In this document: piece by piece, positions 45,902-56,169 of the stretch | Layout: each line of letters opens with the position of its first letter | How positions within the stretch are numbered: position 1 is the stretch's first letter | Origin: an uncultured delta proteobacterium | GTDB taxonomy: Bacteria > Myxococcota > Myxococcia > Myxococcales > Myxococcaceae | NCBI GenBank assembly: GCA_963776345.1 | Contig: CAVZMH010000018.1 | Coordinates: forward strand, 32,001 to 96,000 | Direction: 5' to 3' | DNA: 64,000 nucleotides | Made by a program: the position numbers and the translations under genes | The notes under the pieces: model-generated | The model's database searches: none | What the model was told of the DNA's origin: nothing | The model's input: only the letters and a program-made list of their open reading frames with translations

Positions 45902-47355
45902 ATGTCTCGATCCAGGCCTTGGCTCGTCGGCGCGCTCCTGTTCGCCGGCGCCGCTCTCGCCCAGTCGTCACCCGCTCCCGCGACCGCGGGGACCGACGCG
46001 CAGCCCGCCGCTGGCGTGACGTCACCGCGGCTCCAGCCGGATCGCGCCTCGGCACCCGAAGCTCGCCAAGCCCCCGCCGCCGACGCAGGAGTTCATGAAG
46101 ACGAAGTGGGGCACCGAGTTCTACGGGTTCGTGGAACTCGATTCCATCTACGACAGCACGCAGAGCTTCAGCGACCTGCAGGGCAACGGGAACATCGTCC
46201 GGCCTGGCTCGTACGGCTACGTCCACCACCGGGTGCAGTTCACGCCCCGCAACTCGCGACTCGGCTTCCGGCTCAGCGCACCCGAGTAGAACGGGATCCG
46301 CGCCTCCGCCCTGGCGGAGATGGACTTCTTCGGCAACCAGCCGCCGGGTCCCCGTCGAACGCCAGCACCGCGGTCGGTGAGGGCGCGTTCTTCCAGAACC
46401 CCACCTTCCGGATCCGCCACTTCATGTTCAAGGCCGAGACGGACTACGTGGATCTCATGATGGGGCAGTACTGGAACCTCTTCGGCTGGCAGTCGTACTT
46501 CCACCCGAACTCGGTCAACCTGCAGGGCCTTCCGGGGCAGGTGTACTCCCGCAGCCCGCAGATCCGCCTGTCCCACACCTTCAAGTCCGACGCCGTTGAA
46601 CTTGGAGGTCGCCGTCGCTGCGCCGCGTCCGCCGCAGCGCGATGCGGGCCTCCCCGACGGTCAGGCCGGCCTCCGCTTCTTCCTGAACGACTGGAAGGGC
46701 TTCCACACCGCCGGCGGCACCGGCACGGCGCTCGACTCGGCAGCATCGGAGTGTCCGGCATCCTCCGGAAGTTCGAGCTTCCGGTCTACTCGGCCAGAGC
46801 GGGCGCGGCGACACGTCGACCTACGGCTGGGGCGTCTCCATCGACGGGCTCATCCCGATCATCCCGGCCAGCAAGACCGACCACGGGAACGCGCTCACCC
46901 TGACCGGCTCCTACGTGCGCGGCGCGGGCATCGCGGACATGTACACCGGCCTGACCGGCGGCGTGGCCGGCGTCGGCAACGCACCGGTCGGACGGCGGAC
47001 CTACACGTACACCGGCATCGACTCCGGCCTGGTCGGCCTTCGACAAGCAACGGCAACCTGGAGGCCATCAAGTGGACCACCTTCATCGTCGGCGCGCAGT
47101 ACTACCTGCCCACCAGCGACAACCTCTGGGTCAACGTCGTCTACTCCCGGAGCGTCTCGTACAACGAGCCAGCTCTACGGCGCGGCGACATCGGTGTGCT
47201 ACAACCAGTCGCAGTACGTCGAGGGCGACATCTTCTACGACCTGACCAAGGCCGTGCGCCTCGGCCTCGGGTACATGTACACGCGCCAGGAGTACGTGGA
47301 CGGCGCAGTCGCCGAGAACCACCGCGTGCAGCTCTCGGGCTGGTTCATCTTCTAG
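45902..47355 (+). CDS. DcaP-like outer-membrane porin broken by about 7 frameshifts and an in-frame TAG (46287-46289)
   Basis: Signal peptide; FYGFVELD..YD, NSRLGF, EMDFFG, FRIRH, GQYW and PQIR across frames; terminal WFIF. Confidence 0.75.
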
Positions 47356-47374
47356 TCAGTCGACCGTTCGCTCG

Positions 47375-47404
47375 GGCCCCGTCCGGCATCCGCCGGGCGG
47401 GGTT
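47375..47404 (+). terminator. Hairpin terminator
   Basis: GGCCCCGTCCGGC-ATCC-GCCGGGCGGGGTT just after the stop codon. Confidence 0.55.
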
Positions 47405-47455
47405 CCGCGTCTCCCCGGGAACGTCTGGAGAACGCAGCGCGTCACGCCGGCCTGC

Positions 47456-47558
47456 GTTACCGAACGTAACGGGGCGTTACGCATTCACACGCGTCCCACG
47501 TGGTGGCGAGTGCAAACCCCTCGATTTCAGAGGCTTTTCCGATGGAACGTACCTTGCC
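47456..47558 (+). promoter_or_regulatory. GTTAC-N5-GTAAC enhancer plus sigma-54 promoter
   Basis: GTTACCGAACGTAAC at 47456 with an extra GTTAC at 47476; TGGAACGTACCTTGCC at 47543-47558. Confidence 0.7.
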
Positions 47559-47638
47559 TACAGCGGGGTCGGAAAATGCCCATCTATGTCCGCTCGCCGG
47601 CGGGGGCGGGCGGCGCAGTCACACGGGAGAGGGGACGC

Positions 47639-48926
47639 ATGAAGCTCAAGAGATGGTCGTGGTGTCTCGGAGTCCTATGCGCGCTGGTGGCCGTGCGCGC
47701 TGAGGCGGCGAAGTTCTCATTCAGCGACAAGGGCTTCATCGACGTCGGCACGCTGATTCAGGGGCAGTACCGGATCGAGCAGGACGCGGCGCCGTCCGGC
47801 AAGGATCCATCGAACGACTTCCTGCTCCGTCGTGGCCGCATCATCATCTCGGGCCAGTACGACGAGCACATCGGGTTCTTCTTCGACACCGACGTGAGCT
47901 ACGGCCCGATCTCGACCGCCGTCGGAAGCAACTCGACGGCTGCGTCGACCGCGGCGGGCTGGAACATGAACATCTACGTGCTCGACGCGGTGGCCATCTA
48001 CAAGGTCAGCCGGTCGCTGATCATCGACGCCGGCCTCACGCTGCTCCCCTACAGCCACAACTCGCTGACCAACCCGGCAACCCTGGCCGGCATCAACGGG
48101 ACGTTCACCCCCTACTGGGCGCCCGGCAACCAGCGTGGCATTCCGGGACGCGGGCCTCGTCATCCGCGGCCTGATCCTCGATGATCGCCTCTACTACCGC
48201 CTGGGCGTCTTCAACGGCGTGCAGGGGGTGAAGAACACGGCCGCGGTCGGGGCGCCTTCGAACGGGAACAACCCCGGCGACGCGCCGAACTTCGCCGGCA
48301 TGCTCCGCTTCAACTTCGCCGGGAAGGAGGAGGGCTACGGGTTCTGCCAGATGTGCTTCGCCGCGAGCCCGATCATCAGCCTCGGCGTTTCCGCCGACGT
48401 CCAGCCCAACAGCTTCCGGGCCGTCGCTCCGACGGGTGCCACCACCGCCGCCACCCAGCTGGGGAGCCAGGCCTGGGCCAACTACAACGTCGATTTCTTC
48501 ATGGACGTCCCCTTCGGGAACGACATGGAGCTCTCGCTCGACGTGGTGGGCCAGCTGGTGAAGGCCGGTGACGGCGCTCCGCAGAGCGGCAAGAGCGTCA
48601 ACGGCATCGTCAGCTTCCGCTTCGGGCCGATCGCGCCCTCCTTCCAGATGGAGTGGTTCGACTCGGATTCCAACTACGTCGGCTTCACCACGCGTGGGCA
48701 CGACGCACCACCGGGTACACGGCGGGCGAACGTCACCACCTACCGCGGCGGCCTGACCTGGTACCTCTCCAAGCACAACTACAAGATTTCGGCGGAGATC
48801 GCCTTCCAGGACAAGGAGAACGCCGGCGCGTGGCCACGCACCCTGGGCCCCCCGGCGACCGTCACCATCGGCACCGTGCCGACCAACCACTGGGTCGGCA
48901 CGCTGCAGTTCCAGTCGTACTTCTAG
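47639..48926 (+). CDS. OprO/OprP-like outer-membrane porin; frameshift at ~48135
   Basis: Signal peptide; DFLLRRGRI, LDA, RDAG and YRLGVFNG motifs; terminal QSYF. Confidence 0.8.
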
Positions 48927-48949
48927 ACGCTGCGGCGTAAGAGCACTCG

Positions 48950-48984
48950 AGGGCCGGATTCCCGCGCAGGGGTCCGGCCCTTCG
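48950..48984 (+). terminator. Hairpin terminator
   Basis: AGGGCCGGATTCCC-GCGCA-GGGGTCCGGCCCT. Confidence 0.55.
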
Positions 48985-49574
48985 TGCGTCCGCGGGCCAA
49001 GCGCAGGTCGACTGGCGACCCGGTTCCAGCGCGTGCGGGCCAGCCTGGCGGGCCTGCGCGGCACGGGGCTGGGGTTCGGGGTCGGGCGAAACACACTGCT
49101 CGAGCAGGGCCTACGAGCAGCACTGCGCGAGGAGGAGCTTTCAGCGCGCCGAGCTCGGCGTGAGCCCGAACGAGCCGAGCTCGCGCCGATGCTCGCACCC
49201 ATCACGCCCACCTCCCTGGGCGGCGCCTGGAGCTGAACGCGACCAGGAACCGCTCCATCAGCGTGCTCGAGAGGGAGGGGTGCTCGAGGAGGGCTCGGGC
49301 TGAGGCTCGGGCGGGGTGCACGAGAGGTTGCTCGGCACGAGTGCTCGGGAAGAGTCCTCGGAAGGAAGCCGGCCGGGCCTCGGGACGCCTCGCCCGGCGT
49401 GGAGCGGTCCCCGTGCCACCCGCCTGGATCGACCGGTGCCGTCCATCGCGGCTCGAGCCCCCAGCTCGCGCGCCGCCGGGCCTGCTCCGCTCGCGTCCCT
49501 CGGGACCCCGCCGCCCCTGAATCGCCTTCGCCCCCCCCGCATTGACCGCGGCGGCGAGCCCGTTCGCACCACGA

Positions 49575-49624
49575 CAAACGAACCGGCCGGCACCGCGCTC
49601 CGGGGGGAAGCGCGGGCCGGCCGG
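49575..49624 (-). terminator. Terminator of the MFS gene
   Basis: CCGGCCGGC..CGCGCT stem followed by TTCGTTTG on the minus strand. Confidence 0.55.
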
Positions 49625-49659
49625 CGATCGGGGAAGCACCCCGGGACGGCAGCTGACCG

Positions 49660-51295
49660 CTAGATGACGCCGATCTTGTGGTCCTTGGTCTCGCGAACGG
49701 CGATCGACCCGACGACGAAGGTCATCGCCGCCACGATGATCGGATACCAAAGGCCGTAGTAGATGTCCCCGGTGGTCGCCACCAGCGCTGCGGCTGTCAG
49801 CGGGAGCATGCCCCCGAACCATCCGTTGCCGATGTGGTAGGGCAGCGACATCGATGTGTACCGGATCCGGGTGGGGAACAGTTCCACCAGGAACGCGGCG
49901 ATGGGCCCGTACACCATGGTGACGTAGATCACCATGATCACCAGGATCAGCAGGACCATCGGCCAGTTCAGCCCCGCCGGATCGAACTTGGCCGGATAGC
50001 CGTGCGTGGCCAGAGCGGCAGCGACCTTGCCCTCGTAGGCCTTGATGGCGGCCGCATCCATTCCGCTGGTGGCCGGGATCTCGGTGTCGTTGATCCGGAG
50101 CAGCGGGGCCGCGCCGGGCGCGGCTTCGATGTTGGTGTAGCTCACGCTTCGCGAGGTCAGGACGTTCCGCACCCGGTCGCAGTCGCTGTACCGGGTGGTG
50201 GGCAGGGCGAAGATGTGGACCTGGCAGTCGGTGGCGGTGAGCGTGATCTTGTTGCTGGCGTTGAACCGCTCCAGCGCCGGGTTGGCGTAGTGGGTCAGTC
50301 CCTTGAAGAGCGGGAAGTAGGTGACCACCCCGAGGAGGCAGCCCACCATCATGATCCACTTCCGGCCGATCCGGTCGGAGAGCCGGCCGAAGACGATGAA
50401 GAACGGTGTGCCGATCACCAGGGAGGCGGCGATCAAGCAGATACACCGTCTCGAACGGGACCTTGAGCGTCGTCTGGAGGAAGAACAGTGCGTAGAACTG
50501 GCCCGTGTACCAGACCACGCCTTGCCCGGCGGTGGCGCCGATGAGGGCGAGGATGACGATCTTCAAGTTCGCCCACTGGCCGAAGCTCTCCGACAGCGGC
50601 GCCTTGCTCCCCTTGCCCTCCGCCTTCATCCGGCGAAACATCGGTGACTCGTTCAGCTTGAGCCGGATGTAGATCGAGATGACCAGCAGGATGATCGAGA
50701 GGATGAAGGGAATCCGCCAGCCCCATCTCTGGAAGTCCGCGGGGGCCATCACGTATCGGCAGATCCAGATGACCACCAGCGCCAGGAACAGACCCACCGT
50801 GGCGGTGGTCTGGATCCAAGCGGTGTGTCCGCCGCGCTTCTCCTCCGGGGCGTGCTCGGCGACGTAGGTGGCCGCGCCTCCGTACTCACCGCCCAGGGCC
50901 AGGCCCTGCGCCAGTCGGAGCAGGAGGAGCAGCGCTGGCGCCGCCATGCCGATGGCAGAGTAGGTGGGGAGGAAGCCCACCAGGGCCGTGGAGAGACCCA
51001 TCACCGTGATGGTCACCAGGAAGGTGTATTTCCGGCCGACCAGGTCACCGATGCGTCCGAAGAAGAGCGCGCCGAACGGACGCACCAGGAAGCCCGCCGC
51101 GTAGTTCACGAACGCGTTGAGGAGCGCGGTGGTCTGGTTGCCCGGGGGAAAGAACACGACGGCGAAGAACGGGGCCAGCACTGCGTAGATGTAGAAGTCG
51201 TACCACTCGAAGACGGTACCCAGGGACGACGCGAAGATGACGCGACGCTCTTCGCTCTTGTCGACCATGGGCAGGGACGATGCGGCGACGGCCAT
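49660..51295 (-). CDS. MHS-family (metabolite:H+) MFS transporter; frameshift at ~50437
   Basis: GTVFEWYDF, RPFGA..GRIGD..GRK, GGEYGGA, WGWRIPF and ELFPTRIRY motifs. Confidence 0.92.
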
Positions 51296-51339
51296 CGGCT
51301 GCCTCCTTCAGGAAAGACGGGTGGGCATCTTCCGTAGAC

Positions 51340-51446
51340 CGCAACATTCAAGCCAAGTTGCACACATCAACTCTGTCACCCGGTTCGAAGTTGACGCGTC
51401 GCACTAGCCGCGCAGAACGGTAACAGTCGACGTTACCTTCGGTAAC
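51340..51446 (-). promoter_or_regulatory. Sigma-54 promoter plus GTTAC-N5-GTAAC enhancer
   Basis: TGGCTTGAATGTTGCG on the minus strand at 51340-51355; GTTACCTTCGGTAAC at 51432 with an extra half-site at 51420. Confidence 0.7.
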
Positions 51447-51632
51447 GCCCTCCACCATCTCATGGCATCACGCGCGCCCCATCGAGCCCTCGATGGGGAA
51501 GACGTTGCTCGGCGTCACCGCACCGAACGGGGCGAGGCCGGTCATCGAGAGGCTCCCGTCGCCGAGCTCCAAGCTGCACGCCGCGTAACCGTCGGCAGAG
51601 AGTCACCATCCAGTGGCCCGGTCCGCCCTGAT

Positions 51633-51660
51633 CGGTAACAGGTCCGTTACCTTCGGTAAC
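51633..51660. repeat. Second copy of the CGGTAAC-N6/7-GTTACCTTCGGTAAC element
   Basis: Near-identical to 51418-51446. Confidence 0.7.
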
Positions 51661-51738
51661 ACCTCGGCGCGCAGTCCTACTGCAATCCGATTGCACGAAA
51701 ATAGGGCCAGTGGACCTCCCGAGCCTGGTGCTCGATGG

Positions 51739-53067
51739 TCAGCCCAAGAAGGCCCGGCTCACCGCGTAGTAGAGGGGCAGGAGCGTGACCGCGCTGTAGC
51801 CCAGGTAGCGGAAGAACCCCGGCATCCGGACGCCGGCGTGCTCGGCGATGGCCTTCACCATGAAGTTGGGCCCGTTGCCGATGTACGTGTTCGCGCCCAT
51901 CAGCACCGCGCCCAGGGAGATGGCGGTGAGGAGCTCCGCACCGCGTTCGCTCGCCACGAGCTGACCCAGGTTGGTGGCATCGGTGCCCATCTGGCCGCTG
52001 GCCGCCGAGGCGAACACCAGATAGGTGGGCGCGTTGTCCAGGAAGGAGGAGAGCGCGCCGGTGGCCCAGAAGTACTGCCACGGTTGGTGGAGCGCGAGCT
52101 CACCCCCTCGGGCATTGAGGATGGCCAGCGGAGGAATCATGGTGGCGAAGATCCCGGCGAAGAGGATCGCCACCTCCACGATGGGATGCCAGCTGAAGGA
52201 GTTCTCGGTGCGGAGCGCTCGCGGGGTGGTCAGCCAGCAGAGAGCGGTCACCAGCAACATCGCCCCGGTCTGCACCAGGACCGGAAGCCGCAGGGTGCCC
52301 GACACCAGCAGCACCGCCAGGAGTCCCCCGAGGTAGGCCAGGCTTCCCCAGCCGGCGATGTGGATCGGGATCTGGTGGGCCACGGCGATCTCGTCGAGGT
52401 CCCCCGGCCGCTCCAGATCTTCCCGGCGGAAGACCGTGGAGTCGACGATGTAGAAGACGACCAGCAGGGCGCCATTGACCAGGAGCCACGGCTTCCACAG
52501 CCCGAGGGTCCAGGTGAAGGGGACACCGCGAAGGTAGCCCAGGAACAGTGGCGGATCCCCCAGCGGTGTCAGAAGACCCCCGGCGTTCGCCGCCATGAAG
52601 ATGAAGAAGACCACCACGTGGGACTTCCGCAGCCGGACGGAGTTTGCCCGGAGGAGTGGACGGATCAGCACCATCGACGCGCCGGTGGTCCCGATCAGCG
52701 AGGCCAGGACGGCGCCGCTGCCGAGGAGGACCGCGTTCAGCCCGGGCGTCCCGGCCAGTGTGCCGCGAACGACCACCCCGCCGGCGATGACGAAGAGCGC
52801 CCCGAGGAGGACGATGAAGGCCAGGTACTCGCTCGCCGTGTGCAGCAGGGCTCCGGTGTCGAGCAGTGCCGTCCAGATCGCCACCGGTGCCCCGAGCGCC
52901 ACGCTCAGGAAGGCCTTGTTGCGGTTCCGCTCCCAGGTCCGGCCGGCGACCAGCGGCAGCACGGCGATGGCCAGAAGCATCAGGGCAAAGGGGATGATGC
53001 TCCAGGCGGGGAAGCGGTGACCGAGCTCTGAGGTCGAGGCGACCGCAACGACGACCGGACGGTGCAT
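51739..53067 (-). CDS. IT-superfamily ion/carboxylate transporter (putative Na+/H+ antiporter or citrate transporter family)
   Basis: IGTTGASM, ANAGGLLTPLGDPPLFLG, LSSFLDNAPTY and TYIGNGPNFMVK motifs. Confidence 0.85.
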   Translation of the reverse strand: MHRPVVVAVASTSELGHRFPAWSIIPFALMLLAIAVLPLVAGRTWERNRNKAFLSVALGAPVAIWTALLDTGALLHTASEYLAFIVLLGALFVIAGGVVVRGTLAGTPGLNAVLLGSGAVLASLIGTTGASMVLIRPLLRANSVRLRKSHVVVFFIFMAANAGGLLTPLGDPPLFLGYLRGVPFTWTLGLWKPWLLVNGALLVVFYIVDSTVFRREDLERPGDLDEIAVAHQIPIHIAGWGSLAYLGGLLAVLLVSGTLRLPVLVQTGAMLLVTALCWLTTPRALRTENSFSWHPIVEVAILFAGIFATMIPPLAILNARGGELALHQPWQYFWATGALSSFLDNAPTYLVFASAASGQMGTDATNLGQLVASERGAELLTAISLGAVLMGANTYIGNGPNFMVKAIAEHAGVRMPGFFRYLGYSAVTLLPLYYAVSRAFLG

Positions 53068-53168
53068 CCGGCGGACGTTAGTCGGGGCATGGCCGGTGTT
53101 GCATCGGGATGGCGCGACGGGCTGGAACCTGGGAACCTCTCCCGGCCCCAGACCTGGCGCTCTCAACG

Positions 53169-54632
53169 ATGCCGGACGCTCGCCTCGAGACCGGACTGCA
53201 CCGCCTGCGGGCCAGGGAGCTGGTGGCCCGGCCCCCATTCCTCACCGCGCCCACCGAGGCCGTCGCTGCCGTGGCCCGCGCGATGGCGGAGCGCCACATT
53301 GGCTCGGCGGTGGTCGCCACCGGCCGAACGCCGGTGGGCATCGTGACCGATCGTGACCTCCGCTCCAGGGTCGTCGCCGGCGGGTACCCCCCCTCGGGGC
53401 CGGTGTCGGGAATCATGTCCGCACCGCTGAAGACCGTCCGAGCCGAGGACTCGGCCTTCACCGCGCTCCGGGAAATGACCCGCTCCGCCATCCACCACCT
53501 GGGGGTGGTCGATGGCGAAGGTCAGCTGCTCGGCGTCATCTCCAGCAATGACTTCCTGGCCCTGGAGAGAGGGCATCCGGCCTCGCTGGTCAAGGAGCTG
53601 GACGCGGCGACCTCCCTGGACGGGGTCCGTGCCGCAGCAGGACGCCTCCCCACTCTGGTGCAGGGGCTCCTCCGCGCGGGTCTCCCGGCCATCGAGGTGA
53701 CGCAGCTGGTCGCCGAGGTCCACGACCGGACTCTGCGGCGGGTGGTGCAGCTTGCCGAGGAGGGCCTGGCCAGCGAGGGGCAGGGTCGGCCGCCGGGGCC
53801 GTTCGCCCTGGTGGTCGGAGGCAGCGAGGGTCGGCGCGAGCAGACCATGGTCACCGATCAGGACAACGGGCTGGTCCACGCCTCCGTCCCCGAGGAGGTC
53901 GCCGGGACGGCAGGGGACTACTTCCCGCGTCTGTCCGAGGCGATTGCCTCGCGGCTCGCCGCGCTGGGCGTTCCCTCCTGCCCGGGCGGGTTCATGGCGG
54001 TGAACCCCCGTTGGCGTCTCGACGTCGGGCGGTGGAAGGAGCGATTTCTCCAGTGGATGGAGCGGCCGGAGGGCCACGCCCTGGTCGAGGCGAGCGTGTA
54101 CTTCGACTGGCGGTTCGTCGCCGGCGACGAGGCGTTGGCAAGCGAAGTGTGGAACTGGGTGTGCACCGAGGCTCCCCGGCACGCGCCCCTCCACCAGGCT
54201 CTGGCGCGCGAGGCCCTGCGCCGGGATCCTCCGCTCGGGCTCTTCGGACGTTTTCGGGTGGCCCACCACGGCCCGCATCGGGGGCGCTTCGACGTCAAGG
54301 CGCTGGGGCTCTTCCCCCTGGTGCACGGGATGAGGACTTACGCGGTGCAGCTTGGCCTGAAGGAGACCGGGACCTCCGCCCGCATCGCCGGCGCGGTGGA
54401 GGCCGGGGCCCTGGGCGCGGGGGAGGGCCGCGACCTGAGTCATGCCCTGGAGACGGTGCTCCGGGCGCGCCTGGAGGCCGAGCTGGGCGGAGCGGTAGGG
54501 CAGCCTCCCTCGACCCAGCTCGACCCCGCCCGTCTCGACGCCATCGATCGGGCCGCCCTCCGCCAGGCATTCCGGACCATTCGCCTGTTCCAGCGGGGAC
54601 TGGCCGAGCGGTTCCGCACCCAGCTCTCCTGA
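53169..54632 (+). CDS. CBS-pair plus DUF294/DUF294_C nucleotidyltransferase, copy 1
   Basis: CBS motifs GIVTDRDLR and IHHL; NTase GSEGRREQ..TDQDNG; CPGGFMA.NP.W, FD.R and FDVK..GLFP. Confidence 0.88.
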   Translation: MPDARLETGLHRLRARELVARPPFLTAPTEAVAAVARAMAERHIGSAVVATGRTPVGIVTDRDLRSRVVAGGYPPSGPVSGIMSAPLKTVRAEDSAFTALREMTRSAIHHLGVVDGEGQLLGVISSNDFLALERGHPASLVKELDAATSLDGVRAAAGRLPTLVQGLLRAGLPAIEVTQLVAEVHDRTLRRVVQLAEEGLASEGQGRPPGPFALVVGGSEGRREQTMVTDQDNGLVHASVPEEVAGTAGDYFPRLSEAIASRLAALGVPSCPGGFMAVNPRWRLDVGRWKERFLQWMERPEGHALVEASVYFDWRFVAGDEALASEVWNWVCTEAPRHAPLHQALAREALRRDPPLGLFGRFRVAHHGPHRGRFDVKALGLFPLVHGMRTYAVQLGLKETGTSARIAGAVEAGALGAGEGRDLSHALETVLRARLEAELGGAVGQPPSTQLDPARLDAIDRAALRQAFRTIRLFQRGLAERFRTQLS

Positions 54633-54633
54633 T

Positions 54634-56094
54634 ATGCCCGAAGCTCGCCTCCAGACCTGGCTGCACCGCCTCAGGGCTCGGGAGCTGCTGAGTCGCCCCC
54701 TGGTGACCGCAGCTCCGACCGAGGCCGTGGCGGCCGTGGCCAGGGCGATGACCGAGCGACACACCGGCGCGGCGGTGGTCGCTAACAAAGGAACCCCCAT
54801 CGGGATCGTCACCGACCGGGACCTTCGCTCCAAGGTCGTCGCCGGCGGGTATCCACCCTCGGGGCCGGTTTCGGGGATCATGTCCGCCCCGGTGAAGACG
54901 GTGCGCGGCGAGGACTGGGCCTTCACCGCCCTCCGGGAGATGACCCGCACGGCCCTCCACCACCTGGCGGTGGTTGACGGGGACGGTCAGCTGATCGGCG
55001 TGCTCTCCACCGACGACTTCGTTCCGCTCGAAGCGGGGCATCCGGCCTCGCTCACCCAGGCGGTGGACGCCGCGGCCTCCCTGGACGGGATTCGCGCCGC
55101 CGAGTCGCGGCTCCCTCCGCTGGTTCGGGGCCTGGTCCGCGCCGGCCTCCCGGCGATCGAGGTGACCGAACTCGTTGCCGAGGTCCACGGCAGGACCCTG
55201 CGCCGGGTGACGCAGCTTGCCGAGCAAGCGCTCGCTGCCGAGGGGCACGGACGACCGCCGGTGCCGTATGCCCTGGTGGTGGGAGGCAGCGAAGGCCGCC
55301 GCGAGCAGACCATGGTCACCGACCAGGACAACGGGCTGGTGTACGCCCTCGGCGCAGACGACGGCGGGGCCAGGGAGTACTTCACTCGACTGGCCGAGGG
55401 CATCGCCCAGAGACTCGCGGCACTGGGCGTTCCCCACTGTCCCGGGAATTTCATGGCGACCAACCCCCGGTGGCGCCTCGACGTCGGGCGGTGGAAGGAG
55501 CGATTTCTCGAGTGGATGGAACGGCCGGAGGACCATGCCCTGGTCGAGGCGAGCGTGTTCTTCGACTGGCGGTTCGTCGCCGGTGACGAGGCGGTGGCAA
55601 GCGAGGTGTGGACCTGGGCGTGCACGGAGGTTCCCCGGTACGCGCCCTTCCACCAGGGTCTGGCGCGCGAAGCCCTGCGGCGGGATCCGCCTCTGGGGCT
55701 CTTCGGCCGTTTTCGGGTGGCGCACCGTGGCCCCCATCGGAGGTGCTTCGACGTCAAGGCGCTGGGGCTCTTTCCTCTGGTGCACGGGATGCGGGCCTAC
55801 GCGGTGCAGCTGGGCCTGAAGCACACCGGGACCTCCGCCCGCGTCGCCGGCGCGGTGGAGGCCGGGGCCCTGCGCGCAGAGGAGGGGCGTGACCTGACTC
55901 ACGCCCTGGAGACGGTGCTCCGGACGCGTCTCAATGCCGAGCTGGGCGCGGTCATGGAAGGCCGGTCTCCCTCCAGCCAGGTCGACCCTTCCCGCCTCGA
56001 CGCCATCGAGCGCGCCGCCCTCTACCAAGCATTCCGGACCATTCGCTTGTTCCAGCGAGGACTGGCCGACCGGTTCCGCACCCAGCTCTCCTGA
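54634..56094 (+). CDS. CBS-pair plus DUF294/DUF294_C nucleotidyltransferase, copy 2
   Basis: Collinear paralog of copy 1 with the same motifs. Confidence 0.88.
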   Translation: MPEARLQTWLHRLRARELLSRPLVTAAPTEAVAAVARAMTERHTGAAVVANKGTPIGIVTDRDLRSKVVAGGYPPSGPVSGIMSAPVKTVRGEDWAFTALREMTRTALHHLAVVDGDGQLIGVLSTDDFVPLEAGHPASLTQAVDAAASLDGIRAAESRLPPLVRGLVRAGLPAIEVTELVAEVHGRTLRRVTQLAEQALAAEGHGRPPVPYALVVGGSEGRREQTMVTDQDNGLVYALGADDGGAREYFTRLAEGIAQRLAALGVPHCPGNFMATNPRWRLDVGRWKERFLEWMERPEDHALVEASVFFDWRFVAGDEAVASEVWTWACTEVPRYAPFHQGLAREALRRDPPLGLFGRFRVAHRGPHRRCFDVKALGLFPLVHGMRAYAVQLGLKHTGTSARVAGAVEAGALRAEEGRDLTHALETVLRTRLNAELGAVMEGRSPSSQVDPSRLDAIERAALYQAFRTIRLFQRGLADRFRTQLS

Positions 56095-56169
56095 GCTGCC
56101 GTCGCTCGAGAGAAACGGGATTGGCCGCGAGGGCCAACGAGGACCGATCAACCAGGCCGGTTTCCGCTG

